A stretch of 64,000 nt of DNA from Podarcis liolepis (lineage: Eukaryota): assembly GCA_965112155.1 (NCBI GenBank), contig OZ218102.1. The stretch is one strand, 5' to 3'. The notes beneath the pieces are model-generated. The model saw only the letters and a program-made list of their open reading frames with translations, had not been told where the DNA came from and made no database searches. The position numbers were made by a program, and so were the translations under genes. Each line of letters opens with the position of its first letter. Within the stretch, counting starts at the first letter, position 1. Below are positions 1 through 14,000 of the stretch, piece after piece.

Positions 1-2717
1 CACATTTAAAGCAGGTTTGGAGAAAGCTAGAAAGTGGGCATTTCTTGCATTTGAAGTGTAAGCTGGGCTGAGGTGCTTTTTGATTCTAAGATACAGTTGC
101 AACATATAGAACATAATAATTTCCATGCCCCCCCAGCAAAAATAAATAAATCCTGGTGGAGACATATATTATTTTTAGTGTTAGAGATTGCCTTTATAAA
201 AGTATTTCTACATAAATGCTCAGAACTCTCAGTGCTCACAGCACTTGTTAGGAAAGCATCTTCAGTCAGTCTTTACAGATGTACAGTGTAGATTTGGAGA
301 TTGCTGGAGTAATTTTAAGTCACTGCAATTTACCTTTCAATTGTAGCACCAAGATGCTTGGGGATAATTTTCTTACAGTTTTCCAAGTGTTTTTGTTGCC
401 AGCGGCCAACACTTTCTATTCATGATTGCTCTTTCTTTGACTTTTGTACAAAATACACACCTTGCAAAAGAACTCCAGACATGGGGAAACGTTGAATAAA
501 GTATGACCAATTAGCATTATTATACAGCTTAAAAAAACAACCACCGCCAACCTGTGATTCATTGCATCTATATTACCCTCTTTGCTATAGGGACCAGGAC
601 TGGAAATAGTCATGTCTGGAGATGTCTAGCTGCCACCAAAAATAGCATCCTGACATTTTCTTGTCCTCTGTGCCCTGGTAATGTCTGCTACTGCGAAACC
701 CATGTCACAATTTCTGGGTGCTGTGGTGATCTCCACCACATTCCACTTGGACTGCCCTTTATGATGACTTGTAGTGCACTGATGTTACAGTGTATGCTCT
801 GTTGTATTATGCTGTGTACACCCTCTTTGTTTACTCTGCATCCAGTCAGTGCTTTTTTCTGGGAGTTCTCAAGGGTACGTAGTACCAGCACCCTTTTTTC
901 TAGAAGAAAAGCACTGCATCCAATGACCTCCCATTGCTAGTTTGGGAAGGTGTACACACAACATTAGCTACAATCTATATCTATCCTGTCATTTCCTATG
1001 AAATACTGTGTTTTGATGCATTTTCCCACAAACTATATTTGATCTAAATTGATAAAAAGAAAGGCCTAGCTGCATCTTAAGCTGGTAATGTGTACACAGC
1101 CATAAACTCTCTGGGGAGACAGGATTTTGCTACATGCCTGCTGTCTTGACTAGTTCCAGACTAGTGCACTATTGCCACCCAAGTTACCTACAAAAATAAA
1201 TGGACAATTTTTAATATGTGGGGAGATGAAACAAATGCTTTATATTGTATAAATAACTAAAGTGATATTTAGTGTAGTTCAGCTCAGAAATAATACTTTT
1301 CAACAGAGATAGTTCACACGTGCAGTTATTTAAGTCCTCATGTACTAATTAAATCTAGAGAACAAGTGATGAATATTCGTGAGTAGAATTAATCCATGAA
1401 TAGAATTAATACTTTTAAAGAGAGATAACAGTATGCTACTATGTTAACAGAATTTAAGTATTTATGATTGCAATCCGGTGGTGGTACTACACACTTACGT
1501 GCTGGGGAAATAGTCCTTTTGTCACTGAAAAGTTGCAAATGGCTCAGTCGTACTAAATGAGCATTGATCATTTGCCTTCTATTCTATTTTCGGACTCTTA
1601 TCTGTGTTGATTGCAAGCTACGAGTTGCTGGTTGGAAGCCCAAAGTTGTGCAGCATTTTATTTTTTTAATTCTTCTGGAGTTTTAAGTTCCAAATCAATA
1701 TAATATGAGGATATTTATCATCATAATGACTGTTCTGGAGTACCCCAAGGATGAGCTAAGAATCTGAACACTGATTAAAAGACATAAGGGATCAACACTC
1801 CCCTCAGAAGTAGGAGGACAATGATGGACAGAGTGGAGGAAGCTGAAGCTGTGAGCCAAGCACTTAGAGAAGCCCTGTGAGGATGTTTTATTTGCACATT
1901 TGTTTATTTGCCTATCGAACATATGGCTGGTGCATAACTTGGAGTAATGGTTCTAATTAGAAATGGTACAAGAAACACCACTTGTATCTGAAAGTGTTCC
2001 ACATGTGAGTGAAAGGCAAAATACCTATTCTTCCAGTGCATCTAGTGAAATGCACTCCACAAAGAATTGATGGCTGGTGTTCTCCATGCATCATTTTCAA
2101 TCTGCTACTATAATCTTCCTCTTTTCTGCAAGGGAGTTTGCCCATGTCTTCTCTTCATTGCTTTGCTACTGAAGGCAGGAGACAGGTTCCATCATAAGGC
2201 GAGCCACTATGACATCAGCAGCCCAACCTGACATCAGTAGCCAGTAGCATCCACTGCACAGGAATGAAAGATGGGAAGCAGGGGTGAGACCCTGAGTTAA
2301 AGGGATGACATGGAAGCAAGCAGTGTATGGAGGGAAGGTGATGAAGTCAAAGAAGAATTCAAGCAGTAAGTCTGGGAAAGAAGGTGTGGAAGAAGAAGAG
2401 CTTAAGGAGACAGAAGCTGGATCAGGAGAAGCTTGGAGGCTTACAAAATGAGAAGAAGCCAATATCAGAGAAAGAGAAGAGGTGGTAGGAGTTTGAGGGA
2501 AGATGTGAAATAATGCAGCAGGCAGAGGAGGCATGAAGGCAAAGAGAAGGGAGGGACCCAGAGAAGAGAAGGTAGGGCAATGCCGCTTGGGAGCAGGAAA
2601 ACTTGGGCATACAGTCTCTCTTTGTAACCACATTTTCAACATGCGCCACTCCCACCATTTCCACAGGAGTATGAATAAATACCACAATATACATATAAGT
2701 GAAGAGTTTTAACACAA

Positions 2718-4296
2718 TTTATTTTATGCTTAAATAATCAACTAGATCATCCAGTGTTTGTGTTTTCTTCATACATATTTAATTAGAGCTATTATCAATG
2801 AAACCTGTTTTCATATGAAGATAATTAACAAATTAAAGTATTTCACCAAAAACCCAAATAAAAATGCCCTTTAAAACACAGCAGCCTTAGCAACCTAATA
2901 TTACACTGCTAGAATGATTACAGATGATTGGCTTACTTAAAGATTCTACATCTTAGAGCCAGTACACAATACAGTAATATTTTTACAGCGTGCTGCCAGT
3001 CTGTTAGCTAAGAATTTCTCTTCATTTCTTTTTTTTTTATTTAAATATCCCAAACTTGTGCTGACAAGAGCACCAACCCACTTCTAAAAGCTGCAAGCAT
3101 ATTCCCCCTGGTATAAAGCAAGAACAGATAGCACCCCCCTCCCTATAATGCAACTACTGTATATGTTATGGTTTCTTTAAATTTCAGGTCGTTTCCATTG
3201 AAAAAATTGGCAACAGCAACAAATATTAGATGAAGGGCTTTGTGTTTACAGGTAAAGGGCACCTTCCGCCAAGCACTGCTGCTGTGTAACCAGCCTTCGT
3301 TTTCAGTGGCGGTTGTGCTGGAGCCCACTGCAAGCCCCATTTAAATGCTCGGGGGGTGGGAGGGGCCTTAGCAGCTGTGCTTGGTTGATTGCACCCCCCA
3401 GAGTTTTATTTGTCACATTGCGGCCTAGTGTTTGCAAAACTGGAAAAGATTTCATCAAAATAAGGTGAATCGCATGCATCAAAATATTAGTACTCTGAAG
3501 AAAAAAAATGTTTTTTTCACAGAACTACAGAATTCCTCATTTTAGGAATCATTAAATTTGCAGCAGATTTTAAAGATTTTTTTAAAATCAAGCTAGCGTT
3601 TTGCATATACAAACATTATAATTGCTAAATATACAAGAATCTGTGAAGATACACCCAGAATACCCCTGCAGGTGTAGCCGTTTGAGACACTGATTTCTGT
3701 TCAACATGAATGCAATATTCCGTTTGTGAGCTAAGAATTATCAACATTTATTCTACTTCTCCTTAGAATTTATACAGTGTTATTTATTTACAGTGAAACT
3801 ATTGATGTTAGTTATTTTTTTCCTTAAAAAAAGAGAAAAAAACGAAAGAGTATTTTATTACCCTGACAGTTTGGGTCCAAGAAAAATAAGGCGAGCTGTT
3901 GTGGATTTTAGTAAATTTTAGTGTCTTTCTGTGGTTTAAACCATTTTTTCAGTGTCGTTACATCCCCTCATCCTACAGGAATTCCTTTTTTCAGATGACA
4001 TCAAATTGCTTCAACGAAGCTGTTCCAGTGTGGGAATCTTGTATATACACTGCATCGTTCTCCATTGCACACTCTCCAATGCTGTGAATGAAAGTGAATT
4101 TCCATGCTCTTGTAGAACTGGCTCATGCTAAATTAAATTTGTTTTGTTCGTCGCATAAAATCCATGCGGTTAATGTGTGGAAGCAGCAAACACACACACA
4201 CACACGCTTTATCAGTGACTTGAAAATTCCTGTTGATTTTTTCCCCCATTTCCTTGAGTTTCTCTCTAGAATACTGGCAGTAAAAGCGTATACAGT
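2718..4296 (-). other. ANK3: ANK3 terminal non-coding exon / 3' UTR (minimum extent; may continue to the window start)
   Basis: Long pyrimidine tract (about 4300-4345) then tctcaag|ACTG; AU-rich; AATAAA on minus at 3854-3859, 3783-3788, 3405-3410 and 2718-2723; exact acceptor and 3' end uncertain. Confidence 0.65.
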
Positions 4297-4943
4297 CTTG
4301 AGACAGAAGGGAGAGGGGTGAGGGAAGAAGAAGAAAAAAAACAGTACCAATATCAGAAATCTACCTTTCAAAAGCACCTAATATTTCAGTCCTAAAGATT
4401 CCTTTGGCATAAGCAGTAATGACATAATCTTTGCAATAGCGGCTTAAGTGTATGTTTTTGTGGTGTTGGCCTGCACAGGCCACCCTAAGCATGTCTTTGT
4501 TTAGAAAGGGGCGTGCTGGTGCAACATTTGATAACTTGGCATAATCACATTAAAGTTATGGTACCTGAAAGATCATCGCACTCCTTTTATTCATAAATTA
4601 TCACTATGCTCTGCAAGAGAGGGCCTCCTTCAGGTACCATCTGATCAAAAGTTCTGTTCCATACAATACAGGAATCAGACCATTACTGTGGTGGCACCTA
4701 CCCTTTTGGTACTCCCACAATTTAAAAGATAGGCACCATTTCTAGTGTATTTCCGTTGGCTAGCAAATACTTTCCTTTTTCAGCAAGCCTTTTAAGTAGA
4801 GATTTTTGTCCCAGTCTGTGCCTGTATTGAGTCTGAAACTCTCTTAACATATGCCATTGTTGCTGGCGTGCCTCTTTATTGCTTCCTAAGACTCCATTTT
4901 TGCTCAGAGTATTAAGGGTAGAATGTCTGTGTAGCAAACTGAC

Positions 4944-5029
4944 CATTTGCTGTTTGTATGTTATGAATACGTCGTCTTCTCCACATGCCGGACTTCCTTC
5001 TTCGTCTTCATCTTATAACCTTCTCCCTG
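4944..5029 (-). CDS. ANK3: ANK3 last coding exon, (Q)[21 protein letters not shown] plus 17 nt of UTR
   Basis: NAGNAG acceptor aag|cag|GGA; TAA at 4961-4963; AATG|gtcagt donor. Confidence 0.93.
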
Positions 5030-8000
5030 CTTTAATGGAAAGGTACACATTCAGAAATCAGATGCCGAGGTTTCTATCAAACTGATTTCTAGCACATCCC
5101 ATGCAGCTGGAATGGGACATGTAAGAAGCTATTAAATCTGAGCACTTCAGAGACACACAAACCACAGTTCTGTAGCCAGTCTACTAAGCTGCAAAAACAC
5201 AAGCTTTCAGTACCATCAGGAAACATAGAAAACATAGCCTTACAATGTTATGAATTGTATGCTAGACTGGGATACTGCCGCAGTTCAGTGATTATCAGGA
5301 AATATCACAGGTCTACTTCCGTTAATGCAATTTTGAATTTTGAATGTTTCACCCCTCTTGAAAACCCAGATTCCCAGATTTCCCTTTCTGGGCATCCCAA
5401 GTTGGCAGATCCTTTGGAAACAAAGCTCACTGCTCTTAAGAGAGTTCATAACAGCTCAGCTTCAACTGAAGTAGATTAGTAATGCAGAAAATGTCATGAA
5501 AGGGGGAAAGAGGAAAGCCAGTAAAAGTATTTGCTAAAGCGGAACGCATCTGCAACAAAATCTAAAAGCTGACACACAGTGCAGATCTCCTGTCTTTTGC
5601 CACTGAAAGACAATAACCAATGATGCAGAGTACTGTTGAAGGAATGAAAGCTCATTGGTATTAATGAAAAAATGTGGTCTCTAAAAAGCATAGGTCTGAT
5701 ACAGAAGAACCAGAATTTTCACAAGTTGCTTTTTCTGAAAATTGTGAGATGCAAGTGATGGTCTCAGCCTACTCTCCCTTCTAAGTATATAATGGTGTTC
5801 CATGATGCTGAACCTGGTACTCAGTTGGACAAGGAAAACCATGGTTAGACAATCCCATTTCCTCCTCATTAATGCCTGTCATTCTCCCTGCCCTGTTTTT
5901 TTTTTTTTTAAATTAATTCATTGAGAGTATTCCATTCTCCTGATATAGAAATACATTTTTCTTACATTTTTTCCTTTTAAATTGGCAAACCAACTTTTGC
6001 CTGCAGATGGAACATAGCTCTGCTGGCAAAGGATTGGCAGCATCAAAACATTTTGTTAGAAGAAAGTTGTGCTTTTGACAGGGTAACCAAGTAAACCGTT
6101 AGGTTAGGTCATTAACTTGTGCTGGCCAGTTTTAATGGGGGGGGCAGTCTGTGAATTAAGGGCACACTTGTTTATTTTTTGATGCTGTTTTGCTTCTGGG
6201 GTGTTGCTGTAACTGAGAATGGCTTTAGCCTTTCTTTTTTTAAAAGAAAGCAACCTTCCCTTTTTAGGATAAGCAATACCTTTTGTTTATTAAATAGCAT
6301 GGTATCTTCTTTCAACTTCTCAAAAAGGACAAGAGCTTAAGTCTGGGTATTGTGCAAACTTACTTTAAATGTAATTCATTAATTGGTTAAAAAAACAGGT
6401 GATTAATCAAGACTTTCCGTAGGGCCTTTTTTAAAAAATAGGAATTCAAAGATCATTAGAAAAGCTGACTTCAATTTGGACCTTCATAGGGGAAAATTTA
6501 GAAGAAGAATCGCTTGGTGCTAAAAAGTAAAAAAACCAAAACAAAATCCTCCACAAATCTGGCATTGTTTTAGTCTGTAATCCAAATGTCAAGGATAAGA
6601 AATCTCCCTGATAGCTTTCGACTCCCATCAGTATCGGGCATTGTGCACAGTGGTCAGGATTGAGGGCAGCTATAGTCCAGAAACATCTAGAGGGCTACAG
6701 GCTCCCCATTGCTGGTTCTTGTTTCATGCTTGCACCCTCAGCTACCTGCAGTGCAATCCTAGCATAACGTTTCCTGGGAAGTCAAACCCTACTATGTCCA
6801 CTGGAGGTGGGGACTACTCCCAGGTAGGTTTCCACGGGATTCCAGCCTGTGCCACAGAAAGCCCTTTTACAACAAAAGACCACAAAGTTAGCCCCCCCCC
6901 CCCCCAGTTTGCTGTGTGTCATCCTCTGTCAAGCTAGTAAAAGAAACTGGAGGAGGTGGTAGGAGATGGGAATGGCAAAGTGTGTTCAGGCTCAGACTCC
7001 GCCATTTCAAATGGCTGTATTAAAAACCACTCCTAATGCTAACGTTTCCTACTAGAATATCAAAATGAAATACATTTCTCTCAAGAATCTGAAGGCACTG
7101 AATGAAAAACTGAAGAACCCTGCCAGCACACAACACACTATTTGTGAGACCTCGCCTTTTCTGAGTTCAAATGCACAGCTTGTCAAAAGCACAGGCACTC
7201 TTGCTTTGCATTGCTTTAATGTTAAACTGCAAGCAATCTTTAGCATTTAGAGAACAGCCCTTATTTGCTATTCCTGCACACACACGCTGGTTACCATGTC
7301 ACCAGGTTTTTTCTCATGTGGGATAACAACACGCCTTAACACTTTCCGGGTAACCTGTAGGGAAGCAATATGGAAAAAAACCAAAAATCGATACTTTTTC
7401 CACCCGACTATGAAAGGACAAAGCTAATGTAAAAAGAGTCAACAGAGAGAGGCAGAGGGAGAGGGAGAAAAAAATGAAAATGCAAGGTGGGATTACTTTT
7501 CGGGTGACGAGGTTGCCTTCTTCATCAGTAAACTGTTCTTCTGTAACAGATTCACCAGGAATGTTTTTTGCCTCCTCACCCTAAAGAATGTGTTACAATA
7601 TTAGCCAGTTACCCATATTCCCAAATATTGGCTATTCAACACCACTCCGAGCAATAAAATCATGCCATGTTGGATTTTACTTGTCAGAAACAGCAGCTAC
7701 TGATGTCCACATGGTAATGTCACATTTTAAAAGTCTTCTTAAACTTAGACAGAAGCCATCTGTGATGGGCTGTCATTGGAAGGAGAGTTTGCCTGTAGTG
7801 GAAGTACTCTGTGTACATGCACAGGCCTATCTTGATCCGTGCCATGCTATGAAGGAACCCCCCCCAAAATGGGTGGGATTTATCTAACAAACCCCATCAG
7901 TGGAAGCCCTGTGCAAGGGCTTTAGCTTGTGCAACAGGGCTTTCAGTCCTTCCCCCAGCACCCCGCAAAATTTGCTTGTGGGAGTCAGGAGAACCCTCAG

Positions 8001-11000
8001 AACAATATGTAGGGGTGTTTCATTCTGTTTGGCAAGCTGAAATACTTGCGCTGATAGAATATTTGTAGTAGCATGGTGTTTACTTCTACTCAGAGGATTC
8101 CCCTCCCCCCCCCCCCGGAAAATAATGGTTTTCCTTTCTTGCTGACTATTCCAGCAGACAAAAACTAAGGTTCCATCTACCCCCATGATTCTTTTTAACT
8201 TCACATTTTGAATAGGCCTTCCCTAACACTATAGGTTTTTTTTTAATAAGTCATACCAGAAATGCTGATTAGTCATTGGTGGCCAGGTAATAAATTACAG
8301 AAGCAAACAAATTAGTGTGTTTAAAAAGTCAATTCTGGCATGCAGAAATAGTTCATCTTGACTATATCACTTAATACTGCAGTTGCTGTTATCATGCTTG
8401 ACTACTCTTTGTGTGTGAATCTTAACTGTTATGAAAATCTGGAACAAAACAATGGGAAAGCAGTTTAGGGTAAAATCATTTTCTCTGATATGCTAACCTT
8501 AAACATTCAGAGAGGTTTTTTTTAAACAACAACAACAAAAACCAACCAACCAGCCATGAGATAACTGTCCAACACATGCATTCTGAAGTGGAACAGCCCC
8601 TAGGAAGCAGACCACATGTTCAGAAGCTGAATCTCTGCATCCTAGGGAGCTGCTCTTAGAAGAAGAAAGCAAAAGAGCCCTGCAACCCATGTAGGTCTTT
8701 CTGACTGACTCTTCTTGTGTCTTCTTCCCTTTTAGATGAAGTAATTTCTCACGGCATGAACTTTCCCAGGTAACTGCCTCCACCGGTAGTGTAGCTAGGT
8801 AATCTCAGGCCCTGGGCTTCATGGTCTTACCCTACACTTCCCTCTTTAGGTGGCCATGTGTATTGGCTCAGTTGTGAAGCACACAACTAACATTCCTCAC
8901 CCTCCCCACAACAGTGCTTATTTATAAATAAGCACAATTTTGCTGTAGAAAATGATAATATATTTTACAGTAAACAGAATAAAGTGAGCATCTTTTTAAG
9001 ATGCTGGCCCAGCTGCTGACACCAGGCCTGTTAGCCTGACATTTCGGACTCTATAGGGTGGGTGGGTGCTGTGTTGCAGTGCCTTTGATTTTGGCCCTGA
9101 GGTCTAGCCCTCTGCATCACTGCCAAGTGCCTGGTAGGAGCAGACAGACACTCTACAGTGTCTGCTTTCGGATAGATATTTAAGTGTTAGTCAAGAATGT
9201 GCATGAATTGCATAAATTACTGAGGAGCAAAGAGAAGAGGAGAAAGATGTTGGGGGGCCATGAATATTTTTCTGCCTCCCTCCAAGAACCCATAAATTTT
9301 GCCAGTGGTGGCAAAATGGGGGAATAAACCTAAGCTAGACATATTATATAATTAAAGTAGGTATCAGCCCATCAGATGGATAGTAATGCAAAGAACCCCC
9401 TAGCTAGTCATCTATTTATTATTCACATTTATAACCTACTCTTCTCTGCAAGGGAGCCCAGGATTGCTCAAAATAATAAAAATTACATAAAAGGTTTTTT
9501 TAAAAAACAAAAATATAACTTATTGCAGACAGCAGCTAAAACCAGCCAATTGATCATCAGTTGAGGGAGTAGGGATAACCTTTCCCCCACAGCTGATTGT
9601 ATGGATCAGCTCATGGAGGGGGGGCTGTGGGTCTTGTACATGTGTGTGGTTTGTGGATGTGCAAGAGTGTGGGGTCACACCTGCCACTAGCATACAGCCC
9701 CCAGAGTGTTTCTTGGCCAACGGGGAATGCCATCCTTGGGTTGAAAAAGGCTAACCACCCCTGATTTAGACTGTTCAGAAGAATGCTATTAAAAACAAAA
9801 ACTGCAAGAACATAGGATCCTGCTAGATCAGGCCAACAGCCCAGCATCTTGTTCTCACAGTAACCAACCAGATCCCTGTAGGAAACCCACAAGTGGGAAC
9901 AGAGCACAAGAGTGCTCACCCTGTGCTTTCCAGCAAGTGTTATTCATAAGCAGTACTACCTCAGACCGTGGAGGCAGAGAATACCCATCATGACTAGTAG
10001 CCATCAATAGCTTTGTCCTCTATGAATTTGTTCAATCCTCTTTTAAAGCCATCCAACTTGGTGGCCACCGCTACCTCCTGGGGGAGGAGTTCCATAGCTG
10101 TGTGAAGTACTTTCTTTTATCTGTCCCAAATCTTCCAACATTCAGCTTCAAAATCAGAATTAATATATCTTTCACAGTTGTTACTAGCCAAGCTATAATG
10201 GTCATAGTTGCAAAACTGCTGTTGATCCAGGTTATAATTTCACTATACTGAGCGGCATTTGTATATATTTAGTCAAAGTGCACCTATAGAGGCAAAGTCA
10301 TGCTGCACACAGTGGGATTACCAAAGGAAACCCATCGTGCAATTTGGTTGTTTTCCACCACAAGTCTTAAGATTATACAAGGGGCAGCCATCAGTTATGA
10401 AATACATACCACACCAAGAGAAGGAGTATAATGTGAACACTATTAGTACTGCAGTCCAAGACCAACTCCATGCCAGTGGGAACTACAGTCATGCGATACC
10501 TTCAGAATCAAACGTCGCCGATAAACCCTTGTAGTGATTCTCTGTTCTTCATCTGAGCTTGAATCACTCTGAATCTCAATGTCACTGTCACTGTCACTCT
10601 CACTATACTCCTGATAAATGCAGTTTTTAGTACATTTTACCAGCTCATTTAAAAGACAAACATGAATCTGAGCAGGAATAGAGGGGGAAAATGGTTATAC
10701 CCAACATTAGTTCATCCTGAAAAACACCATAGGGGGGATGTCTGCAATCTTGCTTTCAGGGTAGGTAATATTTCACAGTTAGGAGCTTTTTGCCATGTCC
10801 ACAAGTGAGGTAGGCATTCTGCATTCAGAGCTGCCTTAAAAATATTTCAAAATACACCACAGTTTTGTACAGGTATAGCCTGGCATAGCCATAAATGCGT
10901 GGCAGGCTACATGCAAACCATAGTTTACTGACAGCGAGGCACACCCTTGGGGACATGTACTCCCTTCCCACTTCCGGTGCACATTTCCCCCCTCTTGTCC

Positions 11001-14000
11001 CTTGTTGATCTCAAGTGTGGTTTTATATTACATCAGCAAACCATTGATTGTATATCAGGGGTTGGGCACAAGACCAGGGTTTCAAATTCTGGTTAAGTGG
11101 AGACTCTTGTTTAGGAATGTTCAGGGCTACAGGGAAGGAGGAAGGGCATGGGAAGGCTCTTGTGGTTGGCTCCTCATTTGCAAACCACGGTTTGCAGAAG
11201 CAATACAAAAAGCCAAAAGACTGAAGAATATTAGCAGAAATAATTCTATGATTCTAAGTAGAAGCCCACAAGGAACTTGTGACAGAGGGTAGAGAAGAGA
11301 GTAAAGAGCATTTTAATTTTTTTGCCTTCCATCTGCTCCTGTGGCTGTCTCAACTGACTGGCGAGAGGATCCTGGAGAGCTTGGCACCACAACCCTAGTC
11401 CTTTATGTAGGCTTCCTCAGAGTCCTCTCTTAGGCTGAGTCTATGGACCTGGGTGGCCAGCAGGACTCATGGGGTGCTGGTTTCATGTCTAGAGGGTTCT
11501 CCTGATGGGGCACTAGACCTCTGAGGTCCCTTGACCAGTCTCCAAAATAGGTTTGGGGCTGAGCAAGAGCCTTGACTCCATCACAGTTTCCCTCATTGAC
11601 CTAACTTTCAGTAGCTGCATGCTGCTCTCCACTGCCAACAGTGAGCAGCATGCACACACATTCCTTGGTTCAGAAAGATTTATTGAGAGTTGGGGTTTTT
11701 TAACCCATTTGGGGGCAAATGCCAGATTCTCAGAAGGGACCCTTTGCAGTTTTTTGAGCAGGCTCAAAATCACCCCCATCATTTCTTCCTGCTCCCTCAC
11801 CACAATCCTGCTTCTCTGCTTTCATTTCAAGGAAAGCTTAAACCTGGGTTTAAGCGAGGCTTTTAAAGTGGCTGATGAGAGGAATGGAGTTTGCGTAAGA
11901 GAGGGGAGATCACTAAACTCTGTTGCTCTCTAAACTGAAGTTTCAGCACTGCATGGTTGGCCCTAGCTGGGAAGTTTTTGGGGAGAAATATAAAAGGGAA
12001 GCCACGGAGGGAAGTTCATTCTATATTCACAATGCTTTAGCTGAATTAAGAATGAAAACTCCCACACAAAGTAAGGCGGATGGCATTTATACCTTTTGTT
12101 CGGACGATGTTGCTCCTTCCTCTTCCTGGGCTTTTGGTCTCAGCTTGCTGTCATCGGAAGTATTCCAGCTTGTCTTTTTCATGCTGACAGGCACAGAGGT
12201 TTTAGGTGTATCGACTGCTGGCTTGCTTGCCTCTTGCAAAGATTTCTGATGCGACGTTAATGAGATGGTTTGCTGCTCAGTTCGGAGAGAACTTTGCGTT
12301 TTTGGTTTCACAGTTTCCTTGTCGCTCTGTTTTCCTAGGATCTTTGCAGACTCCTGAACGAAAGGCTTAGTCTTTGCTTCTGTTGTAGATTCTGAGTAGC
12401 TTCCATTGGTTTCCAACTTTCCTGCTTCTCCTTTGAGATATGAGGTAATAGAATCTCTACACTGGTCAGGGCTACAAGAGACAAAGCAAACATGATCAAG
12501 CACTGGAAAATAGATAAGTGTTAATTTATGTGTTGTACTTCTGTCCCACCCTTCCACCTCCAAGGAGTTCAGGGTGACATAGATGGCTAAATATTTTCTT
12601 CACAAAAAACCTGTGAGGCCGGTTAGCCTGAGAATGAGAATATGCACCAAAGGCTCAATATCTACCAATGAGCTTCTATGGCTCAGAGAAAATTTGATGA
12701 TGATCTGAAGGCAAAAAGAAGCTCTGCTTTTTTGGTTTCTCAAACAAAGAGCAGAATAAAGTTTGTGTGTGTGCTTAACACACAATTCAGACTAGAGCTT
12801 TCCATTAAGTACAGTGGGAGGGAGTATAACTCTGCAATAAATTTGGCATTCAAAATGTCCCAGGTTTAGTCCCTTACAATTCCTCTTAAAAGGATTTCAG
12901 TAAGCAGGTGTAGGAAAAGCATTTGCCCCCAAGACCTTGGTGGTAGCTGCCAACAGTGTGCTCGATTGTTAATAGCATAAGGAAGATTCATATATCCACA
13001 TGCCAGTATGGCTAATTAGCATTTTACCAGTGCTGGTTTTGATCTTGTAGTCCTAGCTTATTTCAGGAATCATATCCCCTTACATAATTTCCCTCCCTAC
13101 CCAGAGTATCGAGATCAGCTAACAAGACCCTCCTAAAAGTATAATCACCTTTGGATTTTGCATTAGCATCCAATGCAAATGCAAAAAGGGCAGGGTCAGG
13201 ATTTTTTGTCACTGCTCTGGGACTTCAGTATACCCATCCTCTCTCCAGGAGGCCTGTGCAACTTTTACTTTACTTTTTTTGATATTGGAAAAGTGGTCAA
13301 ATATTCTTCTGTTCCTTTGGGATAGGCTTATGTATTTCCTGCTGCCCATTCTGTTCTGAGCCTGATTTTATTGTGCACCCCCCCCAATCGTAACAGTGTT
13401 TGGGATTTCACTGTTTTAAATGCCATACTGTAAATTTGCCTTGAGAATATCGGTGCCTTATAATCTGGATTGCTGCTTACTTACATAAGCATTATATAGG
13501 TACTTCATCTAGAAATACAATGACCATGGGTTTGGGGGAAAAAGTCATGTGTTTTCAAAATGAGAATACTTGGTTAGTTGAGCACTTTCATACCTGTCAT
13601 CTAGTCGATCCAGCAAATCACCGCTTATTCTGCGTCCTGGTGTTGGCGGCTCCACATTGACGCTGGAGGCCTCACTCTGCCAACCTGTAATTGAAGACAG
13701 TTCCTGTTCTGCCTGCTGCACATACTTAAGAATAGACAAGACTTTTTCTTCTGTCATCTCCTCAGACTCAACTACTTCGTCAAGGTGAATGTCTTCAAAC
13801 AGAGATTTAAGCTTTTCTTCCGTCATCTCATCAGTACCAGACTTTTCTCTCTCCTGCTGCTCAGTTCTCACTAAAGTTGGACTAGTCTCTTGGCTTAGCT
13901 TTTGTTTTGGTACCTCGGCATAACTACCAAGATAGCGTGGGTAATCATTAAGGTCCATTTCATCCAATTGGATCTGGCCTACATCTTTAGATGCTCCTTC

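Noticed and set aside
2166-2715. 173-aa and 97-aa minus-strand ORFs
   Set aside because: Low-complexity pyrimidine-rich frames lacking stops for compositional reasons
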